A stretch of 62,317 nucleotides of DNA, the filler included, from Hausera hauseri (lineage: Eukaryota), in assembly GCA_046269625.1 (NCBI GenBank). It is 11 parts of 11 records of this genome, joined end to end, with 100 filler letters (N's around TTAATTAATTAA, not from the genome) between each part and the next. Parts side by side here need not be neighbours in the genome. Positions count along the whole stretch, not along the records: positions 6,052 to 13,626 come from JBJURY010005901.1; positions 13,727 to 22,206 come from JBJURY010629885.1; 9 more parts are not named here. The stretch is one strand, 5' to 3'. Under the pieces are notes generated by a model, which saw only the letters and a program-made list of their open reading frames with translations, did no database searches and was not told the DNA's origin. The first letter of the stretch is position 1, and every line of letters begins with the position of its first letter. Shown here one piece after another: positions 10,401 through 21,960 of this stretch. Both the position numbers and the translations under genes were made by a program.

Positions 10401-12624
10401 GTTTTCCGAATCAGTCAATCACATGATGTGACGAGAAAGTGTGATGATTTCACCTCTTTCTATGTTGGTTGTGTTGAGAGTTTCAACAAGTTAGGGTATT
10501 GCGCTTGCAGCAATGGTTCGATGTCAATGGGGTTTCCGATTTTTATACCTGTGACGGCGTTTATAGTTAGCGTGACTGATGTTAGAGGCAATGGATTTCT
10601 CCCGCTAGTGGGTTGTTGATTTCGGCAATCAACTGAGATTGCAGTGATCTAGGAAGTCAGAATCTAGGATTGGTTACATGACATCGGCCAATATGAATGA
10701 CCAAGCGTATGGTTGGCCTTTCAGATGAATATGTAAGTACAGTGTACCTGTGGTTGCTATTCGCGTGCCCTTGGCAGCTTTGAGCGATGCATACGAAGCC
10801 AACGTAAGTCTAGCGTGTTCGCTATGTATCAGCGATAAAGCTGCACCTGGGTCGATTAGAAAATCGAGTTGTTTCGAAATGTCAGAGTGTAATGGCTTAG
10901 CCTCGAGAGTCAAAATAGCATCGACAATGCGTTCGCTATTTGTATATGGCAGTTGTGATGATTGGGTTTCCAGTCGACGTGTCCTTGGTCGTCTGGGCCT
11001 ATTTAGTTTGCAGCCGGGTCAGCAGATTTTTTCATCTGGACCGAAATGATTGTGTCTTGCATTTTTATATTTGTGGATGGCTTGTCGAATTGACAACCAT
11101 GGTAATATTTTTAGGAAGATTCTCCAAATCGTGTGTGAAAATAACAAATTTAGGACAATTTGCCTTTCTTTCTCTTTGGGATTGGCGCCGAAATGACGGT
11201 TTGTCTCTGGCTGGAAGATTCTTGTGAGTTACAAGTGCCTGCAGTGCGGCAATGATCATGTCCAGATGACTTTGCTGGGTCGCTGTGACGGAGTTAATGT
11301 TTTCCGTTAGTGCGGATTCTACGGTGCCTTTAGTGCACTGGTATATTTAGTCGGCTTTCGATGCCATATTCTCCAATGTTGTGTCGGGCCGTAATAGCAC
11401 AAGGGCCGCTTGAATTTGGTTTGTCAAACTACTCAGGAAGTAGCGCCGTAGTATGTGCTGGTTGCTGTGGAGGTCCAACTCAGAATTGTTGAGGTCTGAG
11501 CGTAACTTTTGAAGCAGAGCAGAAGGTTTCAAATTCCCTGTCTGTCGCTTGGTGAAAACCAAGTTGAACTAGTCTTGTTGGAATGGCAGATACACTTTTT
11601 ATGCGGCTGCTTTGATTTTGTCAAACGGCTTTTCATCTGACAGTAACGTGTCCAGATTTGTTATTTCTGTGAGCCTTGTTGGCTGCAAGTATTGTATTAA
11701 TGTTAAGGCTTTGTTTAGTCGGCCGGTAATGCTGCATTGAGTGGTCCATGTTTCAAACACATGGAACCACTTCAATGGAGTTCCGTCCGAACTTATAAAG
11801 AAGGTGGGACAAGCTAATTTGGGTGGTTTAGCCGGTGATGCTAAAGCAGTTTCTACTTTTTTGTCGGGCGTATGGGTGTCAACGCCTCCTTTTAGTTTTG
11901 GAGTCACCAGTATAATGTTATTTTCTGCCAAAATTGTATAGCCTGTGCAATTATTTTTGCGTAACAATTTCCCATTATGAGAAAATATATGCTCGGGATA
12001 TCGTTGGTTTAAAACTTCCAGCATTCCCGACATATCTAGAGTGGATGGAAAGCGATGAGCTTTTGTATGACACCAATTTTGTACAATGAGTTGTACTTTG
12101 TTTGGCGTACTATCGGCCGGTGTTGTTTCACAATAGGGAATTTGGTTGACGAGTTCAGTCGACTAACGATTGGGTGAATGGTTAAATGGCGACTTTTCGC
12201 TTGTGTGTGATATTTTGTCGCGGTTAGTATAATCGTGTTTGTATTTCGATTTGACGGTGTTGACGCATGTGTTAGTGCTAGAATATTTTGGCACTTGTTC
12301 AATGTCACGCGTTGTAATTTTTTGATTGCAGTTGATTTTGTTGATAAAACTGTCAGTGGGTATTACATGATCATGTTTGGTGATGCACAAATGTGTGACC
12401 GGATTAGATTCCACGGCACTTGTGTCAATTTGAGCCTGACTGCTATCAACGGTTGTGAGCAATGTCTGAGCCGGATTTATTTCAACAGCTGCGTTTGTGT
12501 TATAAGGCATGAATGCGGTAACCGCTGCCACCACTTTCGAGTTCTTAGTCTTGCGGATGGAACTTTTTGATAAAAAACGGAAAAGTATGTAAATGCAGTC
12601 GAATAAAACGACGGAAACAGGCAC
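7480..12624 (-). mobile_element. Gypsy (CsRn1-like) family B internal region: N-terminal extension, UBL, gag, protease, RT, RNase H, integrase (degenerate)
   Basis: FLIDPGA protease, PCGDYR, MPFGLRNAGQTFQ, YIDDIL, TDAS, RELLAI, integrase core ~8400-8830; possible PPT GGAAGAGTAG near 7480-7490. Confidence 0.85.
11884..12096 (-). CDS. Ubiquitin-like domain preceding family B Gag
   Basis: Open frame VQLIVQNWCHTKAHRFPSTLDMSGMLEVLNQRYPEHIFSHNGKLLRKNNCTGYTILAENNIILVTPKLKGG (71 aa). Confidence 0.75.
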
Positions 12625-12919
12625 TGATAAGACGAGAAAACAATGATAGTAATTTTTATTAAATTATCGCAAATCGTCCGCCGAGGCGTACGAGTCCTCG
12701 GTTGAGGAGAGGGCCGAATTTATTTTCGGACTAGAATTAATTGATGTTGGTTCACGTCTTGTCGGTTCTAGCCGGCGTCGACGGCGCCGTATTGGGATTT
12801 CGCTGGGCTGGAGCTCACTGTCCTAGTCTGCCGCTTGTCGTCGATTCGACGGTCAGGAATCAACTGGCTCTCCGATGGAACCAGCAACTCTAATAGGCGA
12901 TCTGCAGCCGCCATCAGTC

Positions 12920-13513
12920 TCATGAATACCGGTAGGAAAATCGACGAGTCGAAAAGTCGTCGATTTTCCCGTCGTCGTAGAACCGGTTGAGCGTTCCCAC
13001 AGGTAAGGAGTAAGGATCATCTCGTCCCAACCTGGCTAGGTGCCGTATGAAACGGCTCCGTTGCAGCAGCTTCCGTATTTCCAGAAAATCCGAATAAAAT
13101 CGGTATGGGGCTTGCTTGTCGGTGTTGCGGCGTTGTCTTCCGCGGGAAACGGTATCTCTTCGGGTCAGGCACGGCTGTTCTGGCTGGAGGATCGAGACTT
13201 GATTGTCATCTGGGTACTGTATTCTCGCCCGTTTTGGTTGGGATCGCTTAGGGATCCGGTGCTCCGATGTCAAATTGATAACTTTGTTTAGTTCAACTTC
13301 AAAATTGGCTTCAGGTTTCGATACGATTGCCGTTCCTTGTTTTCGGGTGATTGGTTCACCAGTTTTGGGCTTGGTGGGAGGCAGCATAGGCACAATTGAC
13401 TTCTGCGTCGTCTGGCCCTTTCCGACTGTTTTCGATGTTTCTGGCATGTTTTTCATTGTTCGAGTTTGTTTTTCTGTTTCTAACTCTTTGTATATATTTT
13501 TGACTAAAATCAA
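12920..13513 (-). CDS. Unknown 197-aa ORF upstream of family B gag
   Basis: Open frame with a low-complexity N-terminus and basic C-terminal region; no family recognised. Confidence 0.35.
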   Translation of the reverse strand: MILVKNIYKELETEKQTRTMKNMPETSKTVGKGQTTQKSIVPMLPPTKPKTGEPITRKQGTAIVSKPEANFEVELNKVINLTSEHRIPKRSQPKRARIQYPDDNQVSILQPEQPCLTRRDTVSRGRQRRNTDKQAPYRFYSDFLEIRKLLQRSRFIRHLARLGRDDPYSLPVGTLNRFYDDGKIDDFSTRRFSYRYS

Positions 13514-13726
13514 CTGGTTTTAAGCTGTGGATTTAAATAAATGAATTTAAATCCACAGATTTTTGTTGTTGATCACAAAGTGCTGGTCACTTCGGCACTT
13601 GTGATTCTCCTCTTTTGATTTTGCTANNNNNNNNNNNNNNNNNNNNNNNNNNNNNNNNNNNNNNNNNNNNTTAATTAATTAANNNNNNNNNNNNNNNNNN
13701 NNNNNNNNNNNNNNNNNNNNNNNNNN

Positions 13727-14170
13727 ACAATTTGGTTGGAACATACAAAGTATAAATCTGGTGATGTAGTTAACGTTACACCAAAGATTCCAATGTACAT
13801 ACCAGTATTTTCATCAAGTATAAACAATATTGAAGTGAATATTCGTTCTGATAACGGCAATATCATAGATTTCGGATTTGATGCAAAGTCGTTGTTAACT
13901 TTACATTTTCAAAGAAAATGACTCAAAGTGAAATAATAGATTTGTATAGCCGACCACAACATGGTGGAGACTTACCATACTTTGTTGGGCGACAGTATGG
14001 TGGTAATTGGAAGGAGACATTGGGTAGAAATAACATTAATGTTGGGTAGAAAATTTGGTTTTCCAGTAGCTAAAAGTATAGGTTCAACTGTGGTGAAAGT
14101 TGCAAAGGACGACTATGAAAGACAATGAGGAATTCTTTTCAGACACTGGATCAAGGGCACTTGACGGTAG
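13727..14170 (+). mobile_element. Polinton/Maverick fragment: minor capsid C-terminus and core-protein-like ORF
   Basis: PMYIPV.SSSINNIEVNIRSDNG..LTLHFQRK then YSRPQHGGDLPYFVGRQYGG; homologous to 42860-43200. Confidence 0.8.
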
Positions 14171-14333
14171 ACTGGTTGTACGTTGAGATTGAAGGCGCAA
14201 TTTTTCACTGTTTGCTACGATGATATTTGATTCGTAAACATAAAATGTGCTACTAAATCTGCAGATGAAATCCGAACATAAACGTCGGGCCAATTTTGTC
14301 GAAAAAATTATTTTAAAATTCTTTCGAAGCGGA

Positions 14334-14432
14334 AGATCGGAGTTCCGCCTATGGGCCCGATGCGGCAGCAAGGGACGCCCGGCCGTGCCCGACCAAATGG
14401 GCCAAAGGGGATTGGCCGCCGCGGACGCCACA
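14334..14432 (-). repeat. Start of the 3' LTR of copy A3, preceded by PPT GGGGGTGG (14433-14440)
   Basis: The PPT is followed directly by TGTGGCG; ~100 bp homologous to 4434-4529. Confidence 0.75.
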
Positions 14433-17400
14433 CCACCCCCGTGGCAAAGTGAAGACTATAAAGATTAAAACAAACGGGACAAAGAAACAAGCGCTAAACT
14501 AAAAATTGTCTGTGTCAGTCGGTCTTAGTGTGGACAAGACTTTGGGTGCCTTCTAGTGATTTTTCCATGCTATACTTGCTGAATGTTACTCTGCGTGTTT
14601 TGTCTTTATGCGGTGTGTTTGCTTGTAGAGTTTGAAGTTGGGGAAAATATTGTCGGATTTTGTTGTGAGTGTTGTGATGTGCGAAGACCAGTCAAAATGA
14701 AGAGAAGAAGAAGGTGAAGGAGGAAGCGAGATTGTTGAAGACGGATGATTAAGGGTATTCAAGATAGTGTTAGAAGACGAAGGAATGGTAAAATGTGTAG
14801 TGGCGGATAAAGGAAGAGAGAAAATGTTAAAGTAGAAGTTAAAATTGGACTGGGTAAAAGAGTGGAAGTGGAAGATGAAATAGAGTTTGTGGTAGAGAGA
14901 GAGGAAGAGAGATAGGTATAGAAGTAAAGAGAGGAGAAAGTTGCGAAGCGGAAATGAAATGGGTAAAAGACGATGTGTGAGGAGAAATGGGGAAAAAAAG
15001 CACCGAAGATGAGGAAGGTGTGGAGGAAGAAAGAGAGAGAAAACACGACGAGGAGGGACAAAGCGGAAGAGAGCAAGAAGATGGAGAAGGCGAAGGAAAG
15101 TAGTTGGAAGGTGGTATGCAAAAGGTTGGAATGATGAACGGGGTAGATAAAGAGATTGGTGAAGTCGAAGTGATGTCTGGCGGAAGAGGTGTTGTAAAAG
15201 GAAAAATAAAGTTGTCACCAGGGGATGAAGTAGGTGTGCGACGGCTTGAAGGTGCAAAATCGGATGGGGAAAAGAGCCTGAGCTGTCGGAAGAAATTGAA
15301 GTAGAAGTCTTGTGAGAAAATGTAGGGGAAAATGGGTTAAAGAATTGAGCAGAAATGGAAGGTGAATTGTTGGATTTCTGCACGTCGTGTAAAGATGTTA
15401 GTGGAGAAGTGGTTTCGATGGGAGACCTGTCGTCAATGAAGAAAGCAGGTTAAGCGTTGTTGATGTGGACTGTTACTTCTTTGTCGTTCTTGAGAGTGAT
15501 GATATTGTGAGAGTGTAAACGAATTACTTTGTAAGGGCCAACATACTGAAGTTGAAAGCCACACGGCATCTGATTCCTTAACCCTACGAACTTGGCAGTA
15601 TATAAATCGTCGGGTATGTAAAGTTTATTTCCGTGTAATAGTCTACAAAATGAGTCTGCTGATCTCAATGATATGTCGCTGTGCCGCTTGTATGGTTTCA
15701 TCTGAAGGAATATTGTCCAGATCAGTCACCTACCAAATAATGCTTCTGCAGGCGAACAGCCTGTATAAGTAGATGGTGTGTTCCGCCATCCAAGCAGAAC
15801 GTACGGAAGGAGTGTAGTCAAACTGCGATTAGACTCAGCAGGGATTTTGAGAGACATTTTCACCGTTTGGTGAAAGTGTTCAAGAAGGCCATTCAATTGA
15901 GGATAATATGGTGACATGTGAATGTGGTTAATTCCTAATCGATTGATAAGAGCTTTAAACATGTTGGATTCGAACTGCGGACCTTGGTCCGAAATGATGT
16001 GGCGATGTGATCTAAACCTGCTGATCAAAGTGCGGATGAAAACGACTGCGATTGTTTCTGTGTTGGTGCTCCGAAACGGGACAGGCTCTGGCCATAGCGA
16101 GGAACGGTCAATCATTGTGAGGATGAACTGATGGCTGTTATCTAAGGGTAGTGGGCCTACAAGGTCAATGTGAACAGATTCAAAACGAGACGTGCATGGC
16201 AAATGATATAGTGGTGGATTTAAGTGCTTAGTAACTTTGTATTTTTGGCATGTCACACACTGCCTAACCAATGCCTGCACGTCGGAGCGCATAGACGGCC
16301 ATATTACTTGGCGTTGTAAGAGTCGAAAAGTGGCCTTGACACCGAGATGATGCAACGAATGAATGCTCTTCAATGATTCTTTTTGAAGCGATTCAGAAAG
16401 GATGACTTTAGGATTTTTGGGTTTGGAGGTATCAAAGGCCACACCATCGATGGTTTTGCACGATTTAAAAGATTTAATGATATCTGGAGGTGGCTGGTTT
16501 TGTTGACATTTGGACTGAGGGAAAACTGGTCTAAAATCAATCGAGATGATGGATCGGGACAAAAAGTCAGCTACTAAATTGTCCACTCCGTTTAGGTGCT
16601 TAATTTCAAAACTAAATGTGGACAAATACGATATTTGCCTCTACTGAAGTGAAAAGGCGATTTCATGGTGAGAATTTGGAGCAAGGGCTTGTGGTCCGTT
16701 TGTATTGTAAAAGTTCGTACAGTTAGTACATGTTTAAAGTGTTTTACGGCAAGGACCATTGTAAGCAACTCTCGGTCAAAGGTGAAACATCTTTGCTCTT
16801 GTGCCGTGAATTTTCGAGGGAAGAATTCTAATGGCTCACGGGATCCATTTCTGACTTGATGGAGGACAGCACCTGCAGCTGTTGTGGATGCATCCTTGGT
16901 TAAGAAGAATTCTGCATGGGAGTATGGATAGGCTAGGATTTCCACGGTTTTAGATTATATTTAAGGTGATCGAAAGCTTTGACTGGCTTGGCGGTCCACT
17001 GAATAAGCTGTTTTTTCTTACCAGAGCTTAGTGATGCAAATGGAGCCGTTAGAGTGGAGCAGTGTGGAACATACTTATGAATAAAGTGCAAGGTTCCGAG
17101 GAAAGAACGCATCTCTGTTGATGTACGTGGTAGCTGTATGTTTTTAAGATGTGTGATGAGCTCTGGCTGAGGTGAATATCCGGAGGAGCTAATAACATGT
17201 CCTAGGAAGTTGACCTTATGCTGAAAAAAGAGCATTTGGAGAAATTAATTTGCAAGTTGTTTTAGTGCAAACGCTGGAAGATTAAACGTAAGTGCTCGGA
17301 TTGTTGTTTCGAGGAATATTATGCAATTAGGATATTATCGATATAGGGATAAGCAAAGTCTAAACCTGAAAGAACTGTATCAACATGCCTTTGGAAGGTC

Positions 17401-20015
17401 TGGGAAGCGCTTCGGAGTCCAAAAGGCATGAAAAGGTATTCGAAAAGGCCGAAAGGTGTAATGACAGCCGTTTTCAGAAAGTCTGCTGGGGCCACCGGAA
17501 TTTGGTGGTATGCTTTGTGCAAATCAAATCAGGAAAAGATGGTCGAACATGGAGCCTGTGAAGGATATCGTTGATTAATGGTAGAGGATAGGCATCTATT
17601 GATGTTGTGATGTTGAGTTGGCGGTAATGAGCGCATGGGCAAAAGGTACTATCTTTTTTGGAACTTCATGTAGTGGTGAAGACCAAGGGGATTTGGATCT
17701 TCTGATTATCCAGTTCGAAAAACTCAGCCTCCACTACCTGTCTGCGGCAAGACGATAGCGGGTGGACCTTTTGACTTATTAATCTTTGATGTGCTGTTAC
17801 TATGTGATGGAAGGTGGATTTAGGTGGTACGAATGATTTGCCCTTTTGCAACAGACATGTGCAGGAAGACGAAATATATTGCTGTAAGTCAGAGGGCAAC
17901 GATGAAAAGTTTTCAGATGGTGTCGGTGCATCGTGGCTGGCTGCAGTTGAGGTATGAGTTGTAGACGAAGTATTGTGACAAGGTGGTATTAGGTGCAGGA
18001 TGTTTGTATTGAAGATGGTGTTGACAGCTGTATTATCAGTAATAGGTGCCACGCAGTTGGTAATATCGTATTTGTTGCCGTAATAAAAATTTCTATATAA
18101 AGAATGATTATAAAAATAATTTAAATCAAAAGTCGTTTTCTTTAGTATTGACTTGATAGAAGCGATCACCCGGGTGGTCACCAAAATGCTGCTAATTTAA
18201 TTAAAATTATTTCCGATCTTTAAGGAACATCGTTTGTAGTCTACAAGTAAATTGTAGTGGGACAGAAAGTCTAAACCCAATATAGGCGTGCATACATTGG
18301 CTACTGTAAATTTCCAAGTGAATATATTTGGGAAATTTGGAAGGGTAAAAGTTAATTTAGTAACACCAAAAGTTTGTAAAGGTTTACCGGACGCAGTGAA
18401 CAGTTCCTTTTTTGAAGTGAAATTGTTTTGAATGTGCTGTGTTGGTGGTAATAAAGAGATTGCTGCGCCGGTGTCTACGAGAAAATTAATGTTTTGCTTT
18501 GTTGGAGTGACGACTGCTGCTTCCAACGTAAATACAGCAAAAGAAATGTGTCGGCTATCTTTTTTTAGGTTATTGCCTTTGCTAGAATTTGCCGTGTGTC
18601 CTAGCGGAAAAATCAGTTTTTTGTATCTGGTGAGTTTGGCCTACTACTTTGTGTGGGTTTAATAGTGTTGATTTTATTGTGCGCATTGTAGTTACAGCCA
18701 GGTAGGCATTTTTGTGCTTTTGTTCCAAATTTTGCGTAATAGAAGCAAACGATGTTGCTTGTATTAAAATCAGGGGAGTAAAATTTACAACCGATGCAGC
18801 ATTTCTAAGCATTGTTACCAAATTTGTCGTGATAGTAACAAATAGGCGACCGCGCGAGCGAAGGCGACCGTCTTTGTCGTTGATGAAATACATTAAGTGA
18901 AGCAGCCCTAGAAAAACCTTGTCGAGGCAGCGTTAACTCATTTAATTTCTCGTTTATTTCATTTATTGTTTTTTGAAAAATTTTGTTTTCTGAGCGTAAT
19001 TGCCCAATTTGTTGCTGCAGCAATATATTTTGTTATTGGTGGTTTATTGTTAATGTCGCAGAGACAGTTCGTGCAGTGTGTGAGTGCAGCACTTCATGGG
19101 CTTTGTCCGCCAGTTCGGCTAGCTTTTCCAGTGCCGTGGAGTGTTCGACCACAGTCAGCAAAGCTCTTATTTGAAGGGACAATGCATTTAAAAAGTAACG
19201 ACGAAGTTCTGGACAATGGTCAGATGTTACACCAAGGGTATTTAGGTGAGACAAAGATATGCGCAAGAATTGAGAAGACTTCTGTAGGCCCATGGCGTTG
19301 TCATTGTAAAACCTTTTAATGATACAGTCGATTGACGGATCAGTGAGCTTAAGAACGGCATTATAAAGTTGAGCATATAAATCGGTGTGGTGAAGGATTT
19401 CGATGATGTTTGTAATTTTAGTTTTGATAGAAACAGGTAAATAAAAAAACAGGCTGTTGACTTTGGATAAGGGGTCGACAAAGTTTTGTGATTGGAGTTA
19501 GAATTTATGCAGTTTTAACCATGTTTGGGTAGAATTTTGGCTGTCGAAGAAGTATTCTGTGCAAAGTGAATGAGTGGGGAGTGTGTGCTGTGTCGGAGTG
19601 TTTGAAGCATTTTGTTTTTGTAGGTAAGTGATGGAGATCGGTGGTTTGGTGGGTTTGTCCGTGGTATCAGTATTGGGTGATGAATCCATGCCACCACGGA
19701 TGCGAGTGTATGTGAAGGTAGATATAGGATGAAGAAAATTGTAGGGTTCCAGCGATGGGTATTGTAGAGCCATTGTGTGTGATATGAAAGTTAGATGACT
19801 GAAAAAGAGTGAAGATAATGTTGTAGATGGCCGCAGTGTTTAGGTGTGTTAGTGCATTTGTGCAAATGTTTATTATTTGAGAAAAAAGGAAATGCAGAGG
19901 TCGCGCGGCTGGGGGCGTGTCGCGGGGCGGCAACAAACGGTGCCGTCTGACCCAATGGTGTAAGGTGGGCGACCGGGGCTTCAGCCTCGCCGCGGCGGGT
20001 CTCAAAATGCGGGGT
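14433..20015 (-). mobile_element. Gypsy family A copy A3, full internal region (leader, UBL-gag, PR, RT, RH, IN, low-complexity tail), degenerate
   Basis: CHCC boxes, [59 protein letters not shown] motif. Confidence 0.92.
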
Positions 20016-20049
20016 AGCCGAGTTCTCTATGTAATATTTCTCCGTTGGT

Positions 20050-20110
20050 CACTCTGGCCCACTGATTTGTGCCGTATTTTATTATGGCTGATGTAAGAAC
20101 TTCATCCTCA
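20050..20110 (-). pseudogene. CDC5L: CDC5L Myb repeat 1 fragment
   Basis: EDEVLTSAIIKYGTNQWARV versus canonical [20 protein letters not shown]; short match. Confidence 0.7.
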
Positions 20111-20154
20111 ATATATCTAGGCACCTTATTGGGCTCATTAGAATTGATACCGGT

Positions 20155-20910
20155 TTTGTTCAAAGTGCTCAAAAGTGTGATTAGCTTTTTTGATTTGCAT
20201 ATTCGCATAAATTTATGTGATACATTCGGAATCAAATTGTGCATATTTTCGCTTTTAACAGTGGAAAATATATCCGTCGGAACAATATCACCACATGCTT
20301 CGGTGACCTGTTTGGTAATCGTTGGGTTGCAAATAATTAACTGACTGACAATCGGTTCCTTATTAACTGGACGAGATGTCTGTATAGATGTTTTAGCCAA
20401 AATGTCCGATACGACACTTTTCAAACTCATCAATTTTATATCACCTAATAATGTGGCTTTTAATAACAGACGGAGGCGATACTATAAAATCGCATGGAAC
20501 AAGATCTTTCGGGTTATTTAATATAACGCTGTTCAGATTCAAACTACGGCCGAAACTAATTATGACATTATTCGGTTGGTTGCAGAGATTCCACGTTGGC
20601 GCAATAACAATAGGCTTTGGGGTACTTTCGTTCGTGGGTAAAGACGACTCGTTACACATTTTATTCATCAGCAGTAAAGTAAATGCTAATGTTTTGTCGC
20701 CACGTGTTTCATCGCAGATAATCGTGTTACATTCGTGCAAAATGACGCGAACACTTAAGATCTGAATATTCATAGGTTTCACATATATATATCGGTAGTA
20801 AGTGCCTTTCAATTTCCATTGACAGCTCCAAATAGGAAAAACTGATTTTTGGCGGTTGCCACGCAGATGATTTATTTGTTGTATTAATAGTGAAATGGTT
20901 ACCGTCGGAC
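20155..20910 (-). pseudogene. DDX28: DEAD-box helicase fragment, DDX28-like
   Basis: GNHFTIN..SFSYLEL, Q-motif KPMNIQ, degenerate Walker A ETRGDKTLAF, IAPTWNLCNQ, MHNLIPNVSHKFMRI. Confidence 0.7.
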
Positions 20911-21960
20911 TCAACAGTCAAACAGAATGGTGTGTTGTTAGTCTGCAATTCAACTGTAGAAAATTGATTCGACAATTTCAACTCACTGCCTTGATATTTC
21001 TGGATGTAGAACTTGTAGAACAATCTGAAACTACTGAGCAAGTCCGGAAACAAATTGAATTCCACCGGGTTAGAATTTATAGGCCAAGACCAATTTGTCA
21101 GTACCATAAACTGACTGGTAAAGGACATCACGATATCGGGATTCTGAATAAGATAATCGGAGAAGGATGTGTTCAACTGGGATATGAGTTGAATGTCATT
21201 GAATATCCGTTGGAACGGACCGGTATATTCAAGACCGCACACACTTTTAATTTGGTTGATGACATTTTCCTAGTTCTTCATCACCAGATTCTGGCTATAA
21301 ATGAGCCGTTTACACAAAGATCACTGGTAGTGTTTCTGAAATGCGTCCTTATCCTCAATGTACTTGAAGAGGATGATGAAATTGTTTATGTCCTTCTCGA
21401 ATTCTTGATCGTTAAGAGATTTGGCCTGCTTCTTCAGAAGATTATCAACGTGCCTGTTTAACAAATCCGCTGGTTTAGGTATCTTCGGTCTAAATAATAT
21501 TATGTTGCTGCTAATGACCATACAACAGACGTCGATAAATAGGGCGTTTCAGCCGATACTGAAGAATCTGTCTGGTCCATTGATTGTTCAGAAAATGACT
21601 CTGATTTACTAATGGACGCCGTCACATTACGAAGAGAATTAATCTCCTGTTTTTCATTTATGGCCTTGGTGAATGCTTTATCGATGGCATTTCTGAATTG
21701 AGTATCTTCGTCGAAAATCTCTCTGTTGAAATCATAGAAACGATTTCTGGCATTTGTCAATTCTGATACAAACAGATTGTGAGCACTCTAATAACATTAG
21801 ATGCGTTCAATAGGGCAAAATAAATTTCAGTCATGCAAATGTTTCGCATACATGTTAAACATACATTTATATTGGTTAATGTCACAAATATATTCGAACT
21901 TCTTTCTGCATCAGGGAATATTCGTTCACTGCCATAAAGGAGCAGGAATGGTCACCAAAT
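20910..21960 (-). pseudogene. CUL2: Cullin (CUL2-like) internal fragment
   Basis: AIDKAFTKAIN, LL.RHVDNLLKK, ILFKYIEDKDAFQKHY, CGLEYT..QRIFNDI, FY..KYQG. Confidence 0.85.

Noticed and set aside
19905-20010. HDV-like or hammerhead ribozyme in the GC-rich leader or LTR start
   Set aside because: Could not build the nested pseudoknot or find CTGANGA/GAAA cores by eye; needs a covariance-model search
20895-21461. Long antisense ORFs (e.g. 20895-21461, 9585-9815, 49984-50463)
   Set aside because: Shadows of recognisable opposite-strand coding sequence
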